IMG/VR virus record: IMGVR_UViG_3300025164_000674 | Coordinates: 1-26,558 of that record | DNA length: 26,558 nucleotides | Origin: a virus | Taxonomy: Duplodnaviria > Caudoviricetes | Direction: 5' to 3' (one strand) | Part shown: positions 1 through 8,340 of the stretch, piece by piece | How the letters are laid out: every line of letters starts with the position of its first letter | How positions within the stretch are numbered: position 1 is the stretch's first letter | Translations under genes and position numbers: made by a program | Notes under the pieces: generated by a model | Database searches by the model: none | The model's input: the letters and a program-made list of their open reading frames with translations, nothing else | What the model was told of the DNA's origin: nothing

Positions 1-142
1 GTAACACATCCAACATATAGGTCTACATACCGTATAAAAATTTAAATTATATAGGCTACGATACCTAGGCAGTGTAACGAGCGTAACAAGTGTTACACCG
101 GTACCTCGGGTGACCCGTTAAGCCGAAAACGGTACCCGGCGC

Positions 143-198
143 CCCCGTCACGTCGCCCCCGGTGCCCCGTCACGTCGCCCCCGGTGCCCCGTCTCGCC
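143..198. repeat. 22-bp tandem repeat (CCCCGTCACGTCGCCCCCGGTG), about 2.5 copies
   Basis: Read directly. It contains ACGTCGCC, the reverse complement of the GGCGACGT core of the adjacent array. Confidence 0.85.
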
Positions 199-480
199 GG
201 CGACGTACGCCGACTGCGTGGCGACGTACGCCGACTGCGTGGCGACGTATGTCGACTGCGTGGCGACGTACGCCGACTGCGTGGCGACGTATGTCGACTG
301 CGTGGCGACGTATGTCGACTGCGTGGCGACGTACGTCGACTGCGTGGCGACGTATGTCGACTGCGTGGCGACGTACGCCGACTGCGTGGCGACGTACGCC
401 GACTGCGTGGCGACGTACGCCGACTGCGTGGCGACGTACGCCGACTTGACCGGCGACGTATGCCGACTTGACCGGCGACG
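199..480. repeat. 21-bp tandem array GGCGACGTAYGYCGACTGCGT: 11 copies, then two 22-bp variants and a partial copy
   Basis: Units counted by hand: 199-429 in 21-nt steps, 430-473 ending TTGACC, partial copy 474-480. No unique spacers. Confidence 0.95.
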
Positions 481-510
481 AGGTACCAGGAGACTACGGC
501 GCTACACTGT

Positions 511-573
511 CACATCGCCACGTCGCCACGTCGCCACATCGCCACATCGCCACATCGCCACATCGCCACGTCG
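511..573. repeat. 8-bp tandem repeat CACRTCGC, about 8 copies
   Basis: Read directly; inverted relative to the GTGGCGACGT core of the 21-mer array. Confidence 0.9.
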
Positions 574-578
574 ACTCG

Positions 579-587
579 TGGTATAAT
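579..587 (+). promoter_or_regulatory. Extended -10 promoter (TGG-TATAAT), likely giving a leaderless terS mRNA
   Basis: Perfect TATAAT at 582-587 preceded by TGn; GTG start 6 nt downstream with no Shine-Dalgarno. Confidence 0.7.
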
Positions 588-593
588 ACAACC

Positions 594-1076
594 GTGGGCA
601 GACGATTGCACCTAACCCCTGAGTTGACCCGACGGATCTGTGACGCGATCGGTCAAGGGAACTACGTCGCCGTGGCGTGCGAGGTATCCGGGATAGCCCG
701 GACGACGTTTTACGGGTGGATGCGGCGGGGGAAGGCGGCCAAGTCCGGCCCGTACGCTGAATTCGTCGCTGCCGTCCTGCAAGCCGAGGCCGAGGCCGAG
801 ACGTACTACGTCGGCGTCGTCCACCGTGCGGCCGCCTGGAATTGGCAAGCGGCTATGACCTGGTTGGAGCGCAAGCACCCCGACCGGTGGGGCCGACGGG
901 CGCGGGTCGATGTACGGACGGACTGGCGGCAGGAAGTCGTCGACCTCCTGCGGCAGGGGAAGGTCACGAAGGAGCAGGTCGTCGAGCAACTCGGCGACAG
1001 CCTGGCAGCGGAGCTGTTCGAGTCCGCCGGCGTCGGCGTCGACGAGGCCCCGGCGACCGGCGGGGAGGCAGCGTGA
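594..1076 (+). CDS. terS: Terminase small subunit (HTH-containing)
   Basis: HTH-like VACEVSGIARTTFYGW and WQAAMTWLERKHPDRWG motif typical of TerS; immediately upstream of TerL. Start moved from 468, which lies in the repeats, to GTG 594. Confidence 0.8.
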   Translation: MGRRLHLTPELTRRICDAIGQGNYVAVACEVSGIARTTFYGWMRRGKAAKSGPYAEFVAAVLQAEAEAETYYVGVVHRAAAWNWQAAMTWLERKHPDRWGRRARVDVRTDWRQEVVDLLRQGKVTKEQVVEQLGDSLAAELFESAGVGVDEAPATGGEAA

Positions 1077-2782
1077 GCCAGTCGAGGGAGACAGCGTTGG
1101 AGAACAACCTGTCCCACCGTGCCTGGACGTCGCTCAAGTACGAACAGCTGGTGCGAACGACGCAGCGCCGGGGCTTGGCTAAGTTCGAGACGTTCCGGAA
1201 CGACCCGGTCGGCTACGCCCGGTTCGCCCTCGCCGTCTCCCTTTGGGGGAAGCAACAAGAGATCGCCCGAAGTGTGCGGGACCACAAGCGGACGATCGTC
1301 GTCTCGTCGCACGGGGTCGGGAAGACGTTCGCCTGCGCCGTGTTGGTCAACTGGTTCTTCGATGCGTTCAAGTCCTCGGTCGTGGTGTCGACGGCCCCGA
1401 AGGCAGGGCAGGTGAAGGACCTCCTGTGGAAGGAGATTCGGCGCCTCCGCCGGCACCCCCCGTTCCCCGATATCCTCCAGCTCCGGGACCCCGACGACGC
1501 CGCACACTACGCCGTCGGGATAACCGCTGCCAGGGACTTGACGACCGACGTGTTCGGCTCGCCGAGGGCGCAGGGGTTCCACGCCGAGCACCTGCTGTAC
1601 GTGCTAGACGAGGCCCCGGCCGTCCCGCTGGCTATCTGGAACGCTGTCGACGGCGTCGTTGTCGGTGGGGAAAACCGGGTGCTGGCCGTCGGGAACCCGA
1701 TCGTAACTGCCGGCCCGTTCTACCAGGCCACGAAGTCCCCCCAGTGGAACGTGATCCACGTGTCGGCGTTCGAGCACCCGAACATCCTGGCAGGCCTCGT
1801 GGGTACCGAGGAACCCTACCCCGGGGCCGTGTCCCTCGAGTGGGTGTGGGAACGCCTGGCGGATCCGTACTGGTGCGAGCACGTCGGGACGCCGGCCTCC
1901 CCCGAGGCCCGGGAGGACGCCCGAATGCGGGGGGCGTTCGAGTTCCCGCCCGGCGGGGACGACTGGTTCGTCCCGACACCGATCGCCGAGAGTAAACTCC
2001 TCGGCCGGTTCCCGACGACGACCGAGGACACAGTGTGGTCGTTGGCGCACCTGGAGACCGCCGTCACCCGGGAGTTAGCCTGGGCAGCGACCGACCCACT
2101 GGAGTTCGGCCTGGACGTCGCCCGGTTCGGGTCCGACAGTACCTCCCTTCACACTCGCCGGGGCCCGTGCAGCCTGGCCCACGAGACTTGGCAGAAGACC
2201 GCCACTACGGGGACGGTCGGCCGGGTCGTAGACCGCGTCCGGTCCCACCTTGGGTCTCCGGCAGGGGCCGCCCCAGCGGCGATCGTCCGGGTCGACAGCA
2301 CCGGCCTCGGGGCCGGGGTCGTCGACCAATTGGCCGAAGCCCTGGCGTTCGACGAGCGGGTTACGGTCGTCGAGGTGAACGCCAGCGACCGGGCGCGGGA
2401 CCCCGAACGGTTCCCGAACGCGCGGTCAGAAGCGTGGTTCGTCGCCGCCACGCGGGGTGCGGAGGGTCGCTTGGACTTGACCCGACTCGAACCACGCGAC
2501 GTCGATTCGCTCCAGAGTCAACTCACGGCCCCGAAGTACGCGTACGACAGCGCCGGGCGGCGGGTTGTCGAACCGAAGAAGGACACGAAGGCTCGGATCG
2601 GTCGGAGTCCGGACGACGCCGATGCCTTCAACCTGGCGTACTACGGGGGGCACGGTGGACCGGGGTTGGTGGGCGCGGCCGACGGGCTGGACCGGAGGTC
2701 GACTTGGGCCGACCGGCGGGCCGAGGGAGTCGAGGGGAGTCGCTGGTCGACCGGGGTCGGTGGAGGGAGGCGACGGTGGTAG
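1073..2782 (+). CDS. terL: Terminase large subunit
   Basis: Walker A SSHGVGKT, Walker B LYVLDEA, coupling motif VGNP, nuclease motifs GLDVARFGSD and SPDDADA. GTG 1073 overlaps the terS stop (GTGA) and has a GGGGAGG RBS. Confidence 0.95.
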   Translation: MSQSRETALENNLSHRAWTSLKYEQLVRTTQRRGLAKFETFRNDPVGYARFALAVSLWGKQQEIARSVRDHKRTIVVSSHGVGKTFACAVLVNWFFDAFKSSVVVSTAPKAGQVKDLLWKEIRRLRRHPPFPDILQLRDPDDAAHYAVGITAARDLTTDVFGSPRAQGFHAEHLLYVLDEAPAVPLAIWNAVDGVVVGGENRVLAVGNPIVTAGPFYQATKSPQWNVIHVSAFEHPNILAGLVGTEEPYPGAVSLEWVWERLADPYWCEHVGTPASPEAREDARMRGAFEFPPGGDDWFVPTPIAESKLLGRFPTTTEDTVWSLAHLETAVTRELAWAATDPLEFGLDVARFGSDSTSLHTRRGPCSLAHETWQKTATTGTVGRVVDRVRSHLGSPAGAAPAAIVRVDSTGLGAGVVDQLAEALAFDERVTVVEVNASDRARDPERFPNARSEAWFVAATRGAEGRLDLTRLEPRDVDSLQSQLTAPKYAYDSAGRRVVEPKKDTKARIGRSPDDADAFNLAYYGGHGGPGLVGAADGLDRRSTWADRRAEGVEGSRWSTGVGGGRRRW

Positions 2783-3009
2783 GCGGCGTGCTGGTTATAG
2801 CGTTCGTCGTCGGGTTCGTACTCGGGCGGGGCCAGCCGGCGTCGGGACGGGCCCACGATGCGGTCTCCCGGGTAGCCGTTACGGCCCAACGGTTGGCGAC
2901 GACCCTTCGGCGGCACGGGGTAGTAGGCGACGTGGTATCGGACGTGGGGGACCTCGTCGAGGACCTGGCGGGGCTGGAAGCAGTGATCGGGGAGGAGTGG
3001 AGTGCGTAA
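2776..3009 (+). CDS. Small hypothetical protein with an N-terminal transmembrane segment (77 aa)
   Basis: GTG 2776 with GGAGGGAGG RBS; hydrophobic VLVIAFVVGFVLG; fills the terL-portal gap and overlaps both neighbours. Confidence 0.65.
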   Translation: MVGGVLVIAFVVGFVLGRGQPASGRAHDAVSRVAVTAQRLATTLRRHGVVGDVVSDVGDLVEDLAGLEAVIGEEWSA

Positions 3010-5920
3010 GCAATTATCGCCTGATCAGGTTACCCGGCTGGCAGCAGCCGCTGCCGAGGAAGGGTTCGTCGGGGCACGCTGGGCGGTCGAGTCCAACGTT
3101 CCGAAGTCGGTGGTGTACCGGGAGCTTCAGCGCATCCGGGGGGCCGACGCGTTCCAGGCCCCGCCGGCGACCGGGTACGCCACGCCGGGTCGGGACCAGA
3201 GGGTACCCGAGTTGAAACGGGGGGACGCGTTCAAGGAGTTCGGTTCGACCGGTCTCGCCCGGTTCGGGGGGTCGGTGTTCGAGGACTACGACCGCAAGTG
3301 GCGATCCTTGACTGAGATGGTCAAGCTCGTCAAGGAGATGCTCGACCACCCGATCGTCGCCGCCGTAATGTTCGCCGTCGAGATGAGCATGCGGGGCGTC
3401 GAGTGGACGGTGGAGGCCGGCGGCGAGACTCCCGCCGACGAGGAGGCGGCCGAGTTCCTCCGGCAATGCATGGAGGACATGGCTCACTCGTGGGACGACC
3501 ACGTGTCGCAGGCGCTGGCGTTCGTGCCGTACGGGTTCGCACCGTTCGAGATCGTTTACAAACGGCGGAAGGGCGGGGACACCGACCCAGCTTCCAAGTA
3601 TGACGACGGGCGGGTTGGGTGGCGGAAGTTCGCCTTCCGGGCGCAGGACACGCTGACCCCTGGCGACGAGTGGGTGTTCGACGAGCACGGTGGGGTCGCC
3701 GCGTTGAACCAGTCACCGCCGCCCGACTACAGGCGGGTCACTGTCCCGGTGGAGAAGTTAATACTGTACCGCAGCACTGCCGCCAAGAACAACCCGCAGG
3801 GGCGCAGTGTCCTGCGGGCCGCGTACGTCCCGTGGTATTACTCCAAGAACATGCAGGAGATCGAGGGGATCTCGGCCGAGCGCATGGGGTCCGGGTTCCC
3901 GGTCGTGTACCTCGGAGAGGGGACAAAGAAGGTCGGGGCCAACAGTGACTTCGAGTCGGCCAAGGTCGTCGTCCGTGACGTCCGGTCGGACGAGCAGTCG
4001 GGCATCGTGTTCCCGTACCAGAAGCAGGGCGCCGACGGGAAGGGGATCCTCTTCGAACTCGTTTCCCCGCCGAGTCGGGGCGCCGTTGACTTCAACCAGA
4101 TTATTAACCGGTATAACCAACAAATAGGTCAAGTCGTTCTCAGCCAGTTCATCTTCCTCGGCCTCACGGAGCAGGGCACGCAGGCGTTGGCCGTGCGGTT
4201 AACTGACTTGTTCTCAGCCGCTGTGTCGGCGTGGCTCGGGATGATGGCGGAGACGCTGAACCGGTTCGTCGTGCCCCGCCTCTTCCGTCTCAACGCGTTC
4301 GACGGTCTCACGGACTACCCCCGCTTCGTCACCGGCCAGGCCGGCCAGGTCGACGTCGGGTCCGTCGTGAGCGCTATGGCCCAGGCGGCCGGGTCCTCCC
4401 TCCTCGTCCCTGACACCGGAGTCGAGGCCGAGGTCCGCCGCCTCCTCCAGCTCCCGGAGAAGCCAGTGCAGGTCCAACAGCCGACCATACCGGGTGAACC
4501 AACCACGCCTGTTCCCGCAGCGCCGCCCGACGTCGAGGCCACAACCGGGGACAGTACAGCGGATAACGGCGGGGACAACGGTGGGGGCAAGGAAACGGCA
4601 TCCGAACGGTTTTACTCCGAGGACCAGGCCCGCGACGAGGGAGGGAAGTGGACCGAGGGAGGCGGGGGTAGCGGCGAAGGCGGCAATGACCGCGTAAACG
4701 AGACGCCGATAGACACCGGGAACAGTAAGGATCCTAAATGGTACAAGTCGCAACGAACCGGAATCGAAGAAACCTTGAAGACTACGTACAGCACCGTCGA
4801 GGCAAAGGATCAAGCCGGCAGTAGTTGGATTACTCAAGACGGCTCAATCGTGAACGTTGGGACCGGGACTCACGTTCTTTCCGCACTGGAAGCGGCTAAT
4901 AGGGCGAACGTCAAATTAGACCTAACTTCTAAAGAAGGCGTCGAGTCGCAATTCGTTGCGAACGGGGTAGTTCGTGTGAACGCAACGAGTACGTATTTGG
5001 CGCTGAATTTTAACCCTAAGGTAACCAGTACTGCCCAAAGACAGTCAATGATTGACTTAGTATACTTGGCTGAGCTCGCAGGGCGGTCTATTACAGTCCA
5101 TGCAAACGACACAGCACTGTACGGGACGGCCGTAGAATCGGCGCTCAAACTCTTGAAGAAAACAAACTACAACGTTGACAACGCGACCGAAGTCGAAATC
5201 ATGCGGGCGCGGATCGGCGATTATATTGACCTCTTCTACTCCGAGGACCAAACCCGCGACGAGTCAGGAAAGTGGACAAGCGGCGGCGGTGGAGGCGGTA
5301 AAGCCGGCGACGACGGTGCAGCATCCGATCGACGCGCAAACCCAAAGTTGGCTGGGGTGTACGGGCCCGACCCCAAGACGTGGAAACCTTACAAGGACGA
5401 GCTCAAGCGGATTTACCCCGATGCTAAGGTCGGTCGTACCAGCTTCGACGAGCGGGAGTTGCTGGGGGAGTACGTCGGCGGAGAAGCCTATACTATCCTC
5501 AACGGGAACGCTCGGGCAGCGGAGGCCGATTACGACCTGAGTGACGACGTTCGCATGATGGATGGGATCTTTGGTAAACTCGGGGTGTCTACCGAGGACG
5601 TCGTAGTGTACAGGGGACTCAAGGGGACCCCGGGCGGAGACTTGAAGATCGGGGCCGTGATCGCCGACAAGGGATTCATGTCGACTACGTTCAATCCGGG
5701 TGTAGCCGCTGCTTGGACCGAGACTTCGAACCAGGGTTGGATAATGGAGATAGTAGTCCCAGCGGGGAACCCGGGTATCCCCATCGACCGGTGGCTCAGT
5801 AGCGCCGAGGAGATGGAGACAACCGAGGCGGAGTTACTCTTACCGCGGAACACACCGTTGGAAGTCCAAAGCGTCGACGTAGAAACGCGCACCCTTCGGG
5901 TCCAAGTGGTGGGCCCATGA
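3002..5920 (+). CDS. Portal protein (DUF935/Mu gp29-like) fused to an unknown cargo domain and a C-terminal ADP-ribosyltransferase
   Basis: Position after terL; portal motifs PYGFAPFEIVY, NPQGRSVLRAAY, ERMGSGFPV, LNRFVVPRLFRLN. C-terminus has the VIP2/C3-like R-S-E signature: VYRG (R 5612), GFMSTT (S 5681), EAELLLPR (5825-5833). Confidence 0.9.
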   Translation: MRKQLSPDQVTRLAAAAAEEGFVGARWAVESNVPKSVVYRELQRIRGADAFQAPPATGYATPGRDQRVPELKRGDAFKEFGSTGLARFGGSVFEDYDRKWRSLTEMVKLVKEMLDHPIVAAVMFAVEMSMRGVEWTVEAGGETPADEEAAEFLRQCMEDMAHSWDDHVSQALAFVPYGFAPFEIVYKRRKGGDTDPASKYDDGRVGWRKFAFRAQDTLTPGDEWVFDEHGGVAALNQSPPPDYRRVTVPVEKLILYRSTAAKNNPQGRSVLRAAYVPWYYSKNMQEIEGISAERMGSGFPVVYLGEGTKKVGANSDFESAKVVVRDVRSDEQSGIVFPYQKQGADGKGILFELVSPPSRGAVDFNQIINRYNQQIGQVVLSQFIFLGLTEQGTQALAVRLTDLFSAAVSAWLGMMAETLNRFVVPRLFRLNAFDGLTDYPRFVTGQAGQVDVGSVVSAMAQAAGSSLLVPDTGVEAEVRRLLQLPEKPVQVQQPTIPGEPTTPVPAAPPDVEATTGDSTADNGGDNGGGKETASERFYSEDQARDEGGKWTEGGGGSGEGGNDRVNETPIDTGNSKDPKWYKSQRTGIEETLKTTYSTVEAKDQAGSSWITQDGSIVNVGTGTHVLSALEAANRANVKLDLTSKEGVESQFVANGVVRVNATSTYLALNFNPKVTSTAQRQSMIDLVYLAELAGRSITVHANDTALYGTAVESALKLLKKTNYNVDNATEVEIMRARIGDYIDLFYSEDQTRDESGKWTSGGGGGGKAGDDGAASDRRANPKLAGVYGPDPKTWKPYKDELKRIYPDAKVGRTSFDERELLGEYVGGEAYTILNGNARAAEADYDLSDDVRMMDGIFGKLGVSTEDVVVYRGLKGTPGGDLKIGAVIADKGFMSTTFNPGVAAAWTETSNQGWIMEIVVPAGNPGIPIDRWLSSAEEMETTEAELLLPRNTPLEVQSVDVETRTLRVQVVGP
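4610..4669 (+). repeat. Dispersed coding repeat, copy 1 (FYSEDQARDEGGKWTEGGGG)
   Basis: Matches copies at 5234, 6811 and 7947 at DNA and protein level. Confidence 0.95.
5228..5299 (+). repeat. Dispersed coding repeat, copy 2 (DLFYSEDQTRDESGKWTSGGGGGG)
   Basis: Direct alignment with the other copies. Confidence 0.95.
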
Positions 5921-7833
5921 ACTTACGACAGGTAGCGAAGTTTGAGGAGTACACCCCCCGAGCCGTAAAGACGGTACGGCCAAGTCGGTTCCTGAACCCG
6001 CGGCAAGTCGGGGAGTTCGAGCACTTGACCCTCAGGACCAAGGAACCCGTCGCGTTGTTCGCCGCTACCCGCGGCACGGGCGCCGAGAAACTCCGCCGGT
6101 GGGAGCGGGCGACGAACGAGTACCAGCTAGCCCTCGGCACGGCCTACGACGAGTGGGCGACCGACACGGCCGACGCGCTCGACGAGGCCGAGACCGATGC
6201 CGAGCGGGACGAGATCCTCGATGAGGCCCTCCTGGCCCTGGCCCTCCTCCTGAAGAACCTCCAACGGGAGGCGGTCTACGGTGCCGTCTCCCTCGGGACC
6301 GGCGGTCGACCGCCGACACCAGCCCTCTTGCAGCGGGTCGCGGGGCATCTTGCCGGGGCGGAGGACGCAATCGAATCGTCCCTCGTCTCCGACATCCGCT
6401 TCCGAGTCAGGGCGGCCCTTCGTGACCCCGACGTGCTGGCTAGCGGCGCGATCGCGTTCCTCGGCGTTCTCATGGCAAAGCGAGCCCGCGTCGAGTCGTA
6501 CGCCGGAGTCGCCTGGTCGACGACTCAAGTAGCCGTCGGGGAGACGGCCGCCGATGCAGCCGAGCAGGGGGGCGACGGGCGGGTTGGGTGGCAGCGCGAC
6601 GAGCAGGCAAAGCACTGTGACACGTGCCTGGCGTTCGGCGAGGACGCACCCGGCGTGCGGGAGTACGAGTCGTGGGACGCCCTCCTCGCCGAGACAGGCG
6701 GGGTCGTTCCCGGGCATGGGACGACGTGTGATGGGAACTGTCGGTGCTCCATCCTCGTCCACAACGCCAAGACGGACGAGTGGGAACGACCCGGCGACGG
6801 CGTCGACCTGTTCTACAGCGAGGACCAAGCCCGCGACGAGTCGGGGAGGTGGACCGACGGTGGAGGCGGCAGTAGCGCCGAGAATAAGGGCGAGGGTAAG
6901 GGGGGTCGGGGTGGAACAGGCCCGGGTGGGGGTGCGGGTATCGCGACCCCCTTCGTCGTAGGACAGACACCGCTACCCCCGGGTCACGACGCGGTGAGGG
7001 CAGCCTTTGACCGCGGCGTAGAAGTCGCGTACTCTGCGGCGATCAGGAACGGGGTGATCCCGGCTACCGCCGGCTTGGAGGCCGTAGCGGCGGTTGGGGC
7101 AAAGTACCTCGTTACAGAACAACTGGCCGCCACTATGGGTGTGTCGCCCGAGGTCGCCTCAAACTTAGTCCGCCAATGGGCAGAATCCTCCAACGGCAAC
7201 GACTATAGGTCGTTGTGGATGCAGGCAGTAGCCGCGGACGAATTCGGGGTACCGTTGTCCGACTGGCAACGGGAAAGACTGAGCAACGTGGAGGCCGAAC
7301 GAGCGGAGCACAAGATTGCGGACAGGGTTACCGTAGACATGCCGATTGCATTGATCGGGGTTAACCCAGTTAGACTTATGACTCCTATCGAAAAAGAGCG
7401 GTACGCGACAATCCGGAACCTCGGTCCTACTGCCCCGGATCCGTTCGGAGGTCAAAAACAGGAAGAGGTTGCCGGGGCGTTCTTGCGGGCGCAGTACGAC
7501 GCAACGCAAGAGTACTTCAAGGCCGCCGGGGTCACCGAGGTCGTCCTGTACCGGGGGCAAAGGTTCCCCGAAGGGACCAGCCTATCGGTAGGCGATGTAA
7601 TACCTGGAAACCAGAACGCACTGAACTCCTGGTCCTCCTCCGAGAAAGTTGCAGCGACTTTTACTTCGATTGCACCGGCTGAATCCGGTGTGTTGGCCGC
7701 GGTCGTTCCTGTTGACCGTATTCTTTCGACTCCGTTTACCGGGTACGGTTGCCTGAAAGAAGAGGAGTACGTGGTACTCGGGAATAGCGACGATAAAGTC
7801 GCAGTTCATAACCTACCAGTGGGGCTGCCATGA
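5917..7833 (+). CDS. MuF/SPP1 gp7-like head morphogenesis protein with a C-terminal ADP-ribosyltransferase-like domain
   Basis: Follows the portal with an ATGA overlap; MuF-type Cys motifs HCDTC and CDGNCRC; C-terminal LYRG (R 7552), NSWSS (7627), KEEEYVV (7759-7767). Confidence 0.85.
   Translation: MNLRQVAKFEEYTPRAVKTVRPSRFLNPRQVGEFEHLTLRTKEPVALFAATRGTGAEKLRRWERATNEYQLALGTAYDEWATDTADALDEAETDAERDEILDEALLALALLLKNLQREAVYGAVSLGTGGRPPTPALLQRVAGHLAGAEDAIESSLVSDIRFRVRAALRDPDVLASGAIAFLGVLMAKRARVESYAGVAWSTTQVAVGETAADAAEQGGDGRVGWQRDEQAKHCDTCLAFGEDAPGVREYESWDALLAETGGVVPGHGTTCDGNCRCSILVHNAKTDEWERPGDGVDLFYSEDQARDESGRWTDGGGGSSAENKGEGKGGRGGTGPGGGAGIATPFVVGQTPLPPGHDAVRAAFDRGVEVAYSAAIRNGVIPATAGLEAVAAVGAKYLVTEQLAATMGVSPEVASNLVRQWAESSNGNDYRSLWMQAVAADEFGVPLSDWQRERLSNVEAERAEHKIADRVTVDMPIALIGVNPVRLMTPIEKERYATIRNLGPTAPDPFGGQKQEEVAGAFLRAQYDATQEYFKAAGVTEVVLYRGQRFPEGTSLSVGDVIPGNQNALNSWSSSEKVAATFTSIAPAESGVLAAVVPVDRILSTPFTGYGCLKEEEYVVLGNSDDKVAVHNLPVGLP
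6805..6870 (+). repeat. Dispersed coding repeat, copy 3 (DLFYSEDQARDESGRWTDGGGG)
   Basis: 6819-6869 matches 7955-8005 at 50 of 51 nt. Confidence 0.95.
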
Positions 7834-8198
7834 TAGACTTAGAAGATTTAAACTCCGACTGGATTAAGCTCGTCCCCGGTGCCAAGGACGCCGATCTTGC
7901 GGCCCACGCTGCATTACGCCGGCGGTACGGCAGGGCCTCAGACTTGTTCTATTCCGAGGACCAAGCCCGCGACGAGTCGGGGAAGTGGACCGACGGTGGA
8001 GGCGGGCGCAAGGACCCCGGTACCGCCGACAAGTTGCCGAAGGCCCAGGACAAGCGGACTGGGGGTCCCGACCCAACGCCACCCCTCCCGCAGCGGAAGG
8101 ACCAGACCCCCAACCCCGGGAAGGTCCCTAGGTCGCGGGCGGTGACGACGGACGACAAGAACAAGGATAAGAAGCGGGGTGGGGGCGGAAGACCCTAA
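7830..8198 (+). CDS. Small protein: 37-aa N-terminal peptide, tag copy 4, then a basic low-complexity tail
   Basis: ATGA overlap with the MuF-ART stop; contains DLFYSEDQARDESGKWTDGGGG in frame. Confidence 0.75.
   Translation: MIDLEDLNSDWIKLVPGAKDADLAAHAALRRRYGRASDLFYSEDQARDESGKWTDGGGGRKDPGTADKLPKAQDKRTGGPDPTPPLPQRKDQTPNPGKVPRSRAVTTDDKNKDKKRGGGGRP
7941..8006 (+). repeat. Dispersed coding repeat, copy 4 (DLFYSEDQARDESGKWTDGGGG)
   Basis: Direct alignment with copy 3. Confidence 0.95.
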
Positions 8199-8257
8199 TC
8201 GTCCCCGGGGTCACCGTACCAGCAGTGGGTGACTGTAGTACTACCCCGCCGAATCTA

Positions 8258-8266
8258 TGATATAAT
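8258..8266 (+). promoter_or_regulatory. Extended -10 promoter (TGA-TATAAT) for the protease/capsid genes
   Basis: TATAAT at 8261-8266 in an intergenic gap, preceded by TGn. Confidence 0.7.
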
Positions 8267-8291
8267 GTAATCGGAGCCCAGTCGGGGCTAC

Positions 8292-8328
8292 GGAACGCGA
8301 GCCACGCGAGGTGGTTCGTTTTTATTCC
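8292..8328 (+). terminator. Terminator/attenuator-like hairpin in the 5' leader
   Basis: GCGAGCCAC-gcgag-GTGGTTCGT followed by TTTT, between the promoter and the AGGAGG RBS. Confidence 0.55.
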
Positions 8329-8340
8329 AGGAGGGAACGA

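Noticed and set aside
199-480. CRISPR array
   Set aside because: Units are contiguous with no unique spacers, and there are no cas genes in the window.
162-586. ORFs 162-449, 184-471 and 218-586
   Set aside because: Artefacts of a stop-free 21-bp repeat; no RBS.
842-1072. N-terminal extension of TerL in the ORF track
   Set aside because: Overlaps terS in another frame; GTG 1073 has the RBS and the stop-start overlap.
4610-8006. Tag repeats as diversity-generating retroelement TR/VR or invertase sites
   Set aside because: Differences are not adenine-specific, all copies are direct and coding, and no reverse transcriptase or recombinase is in the window.
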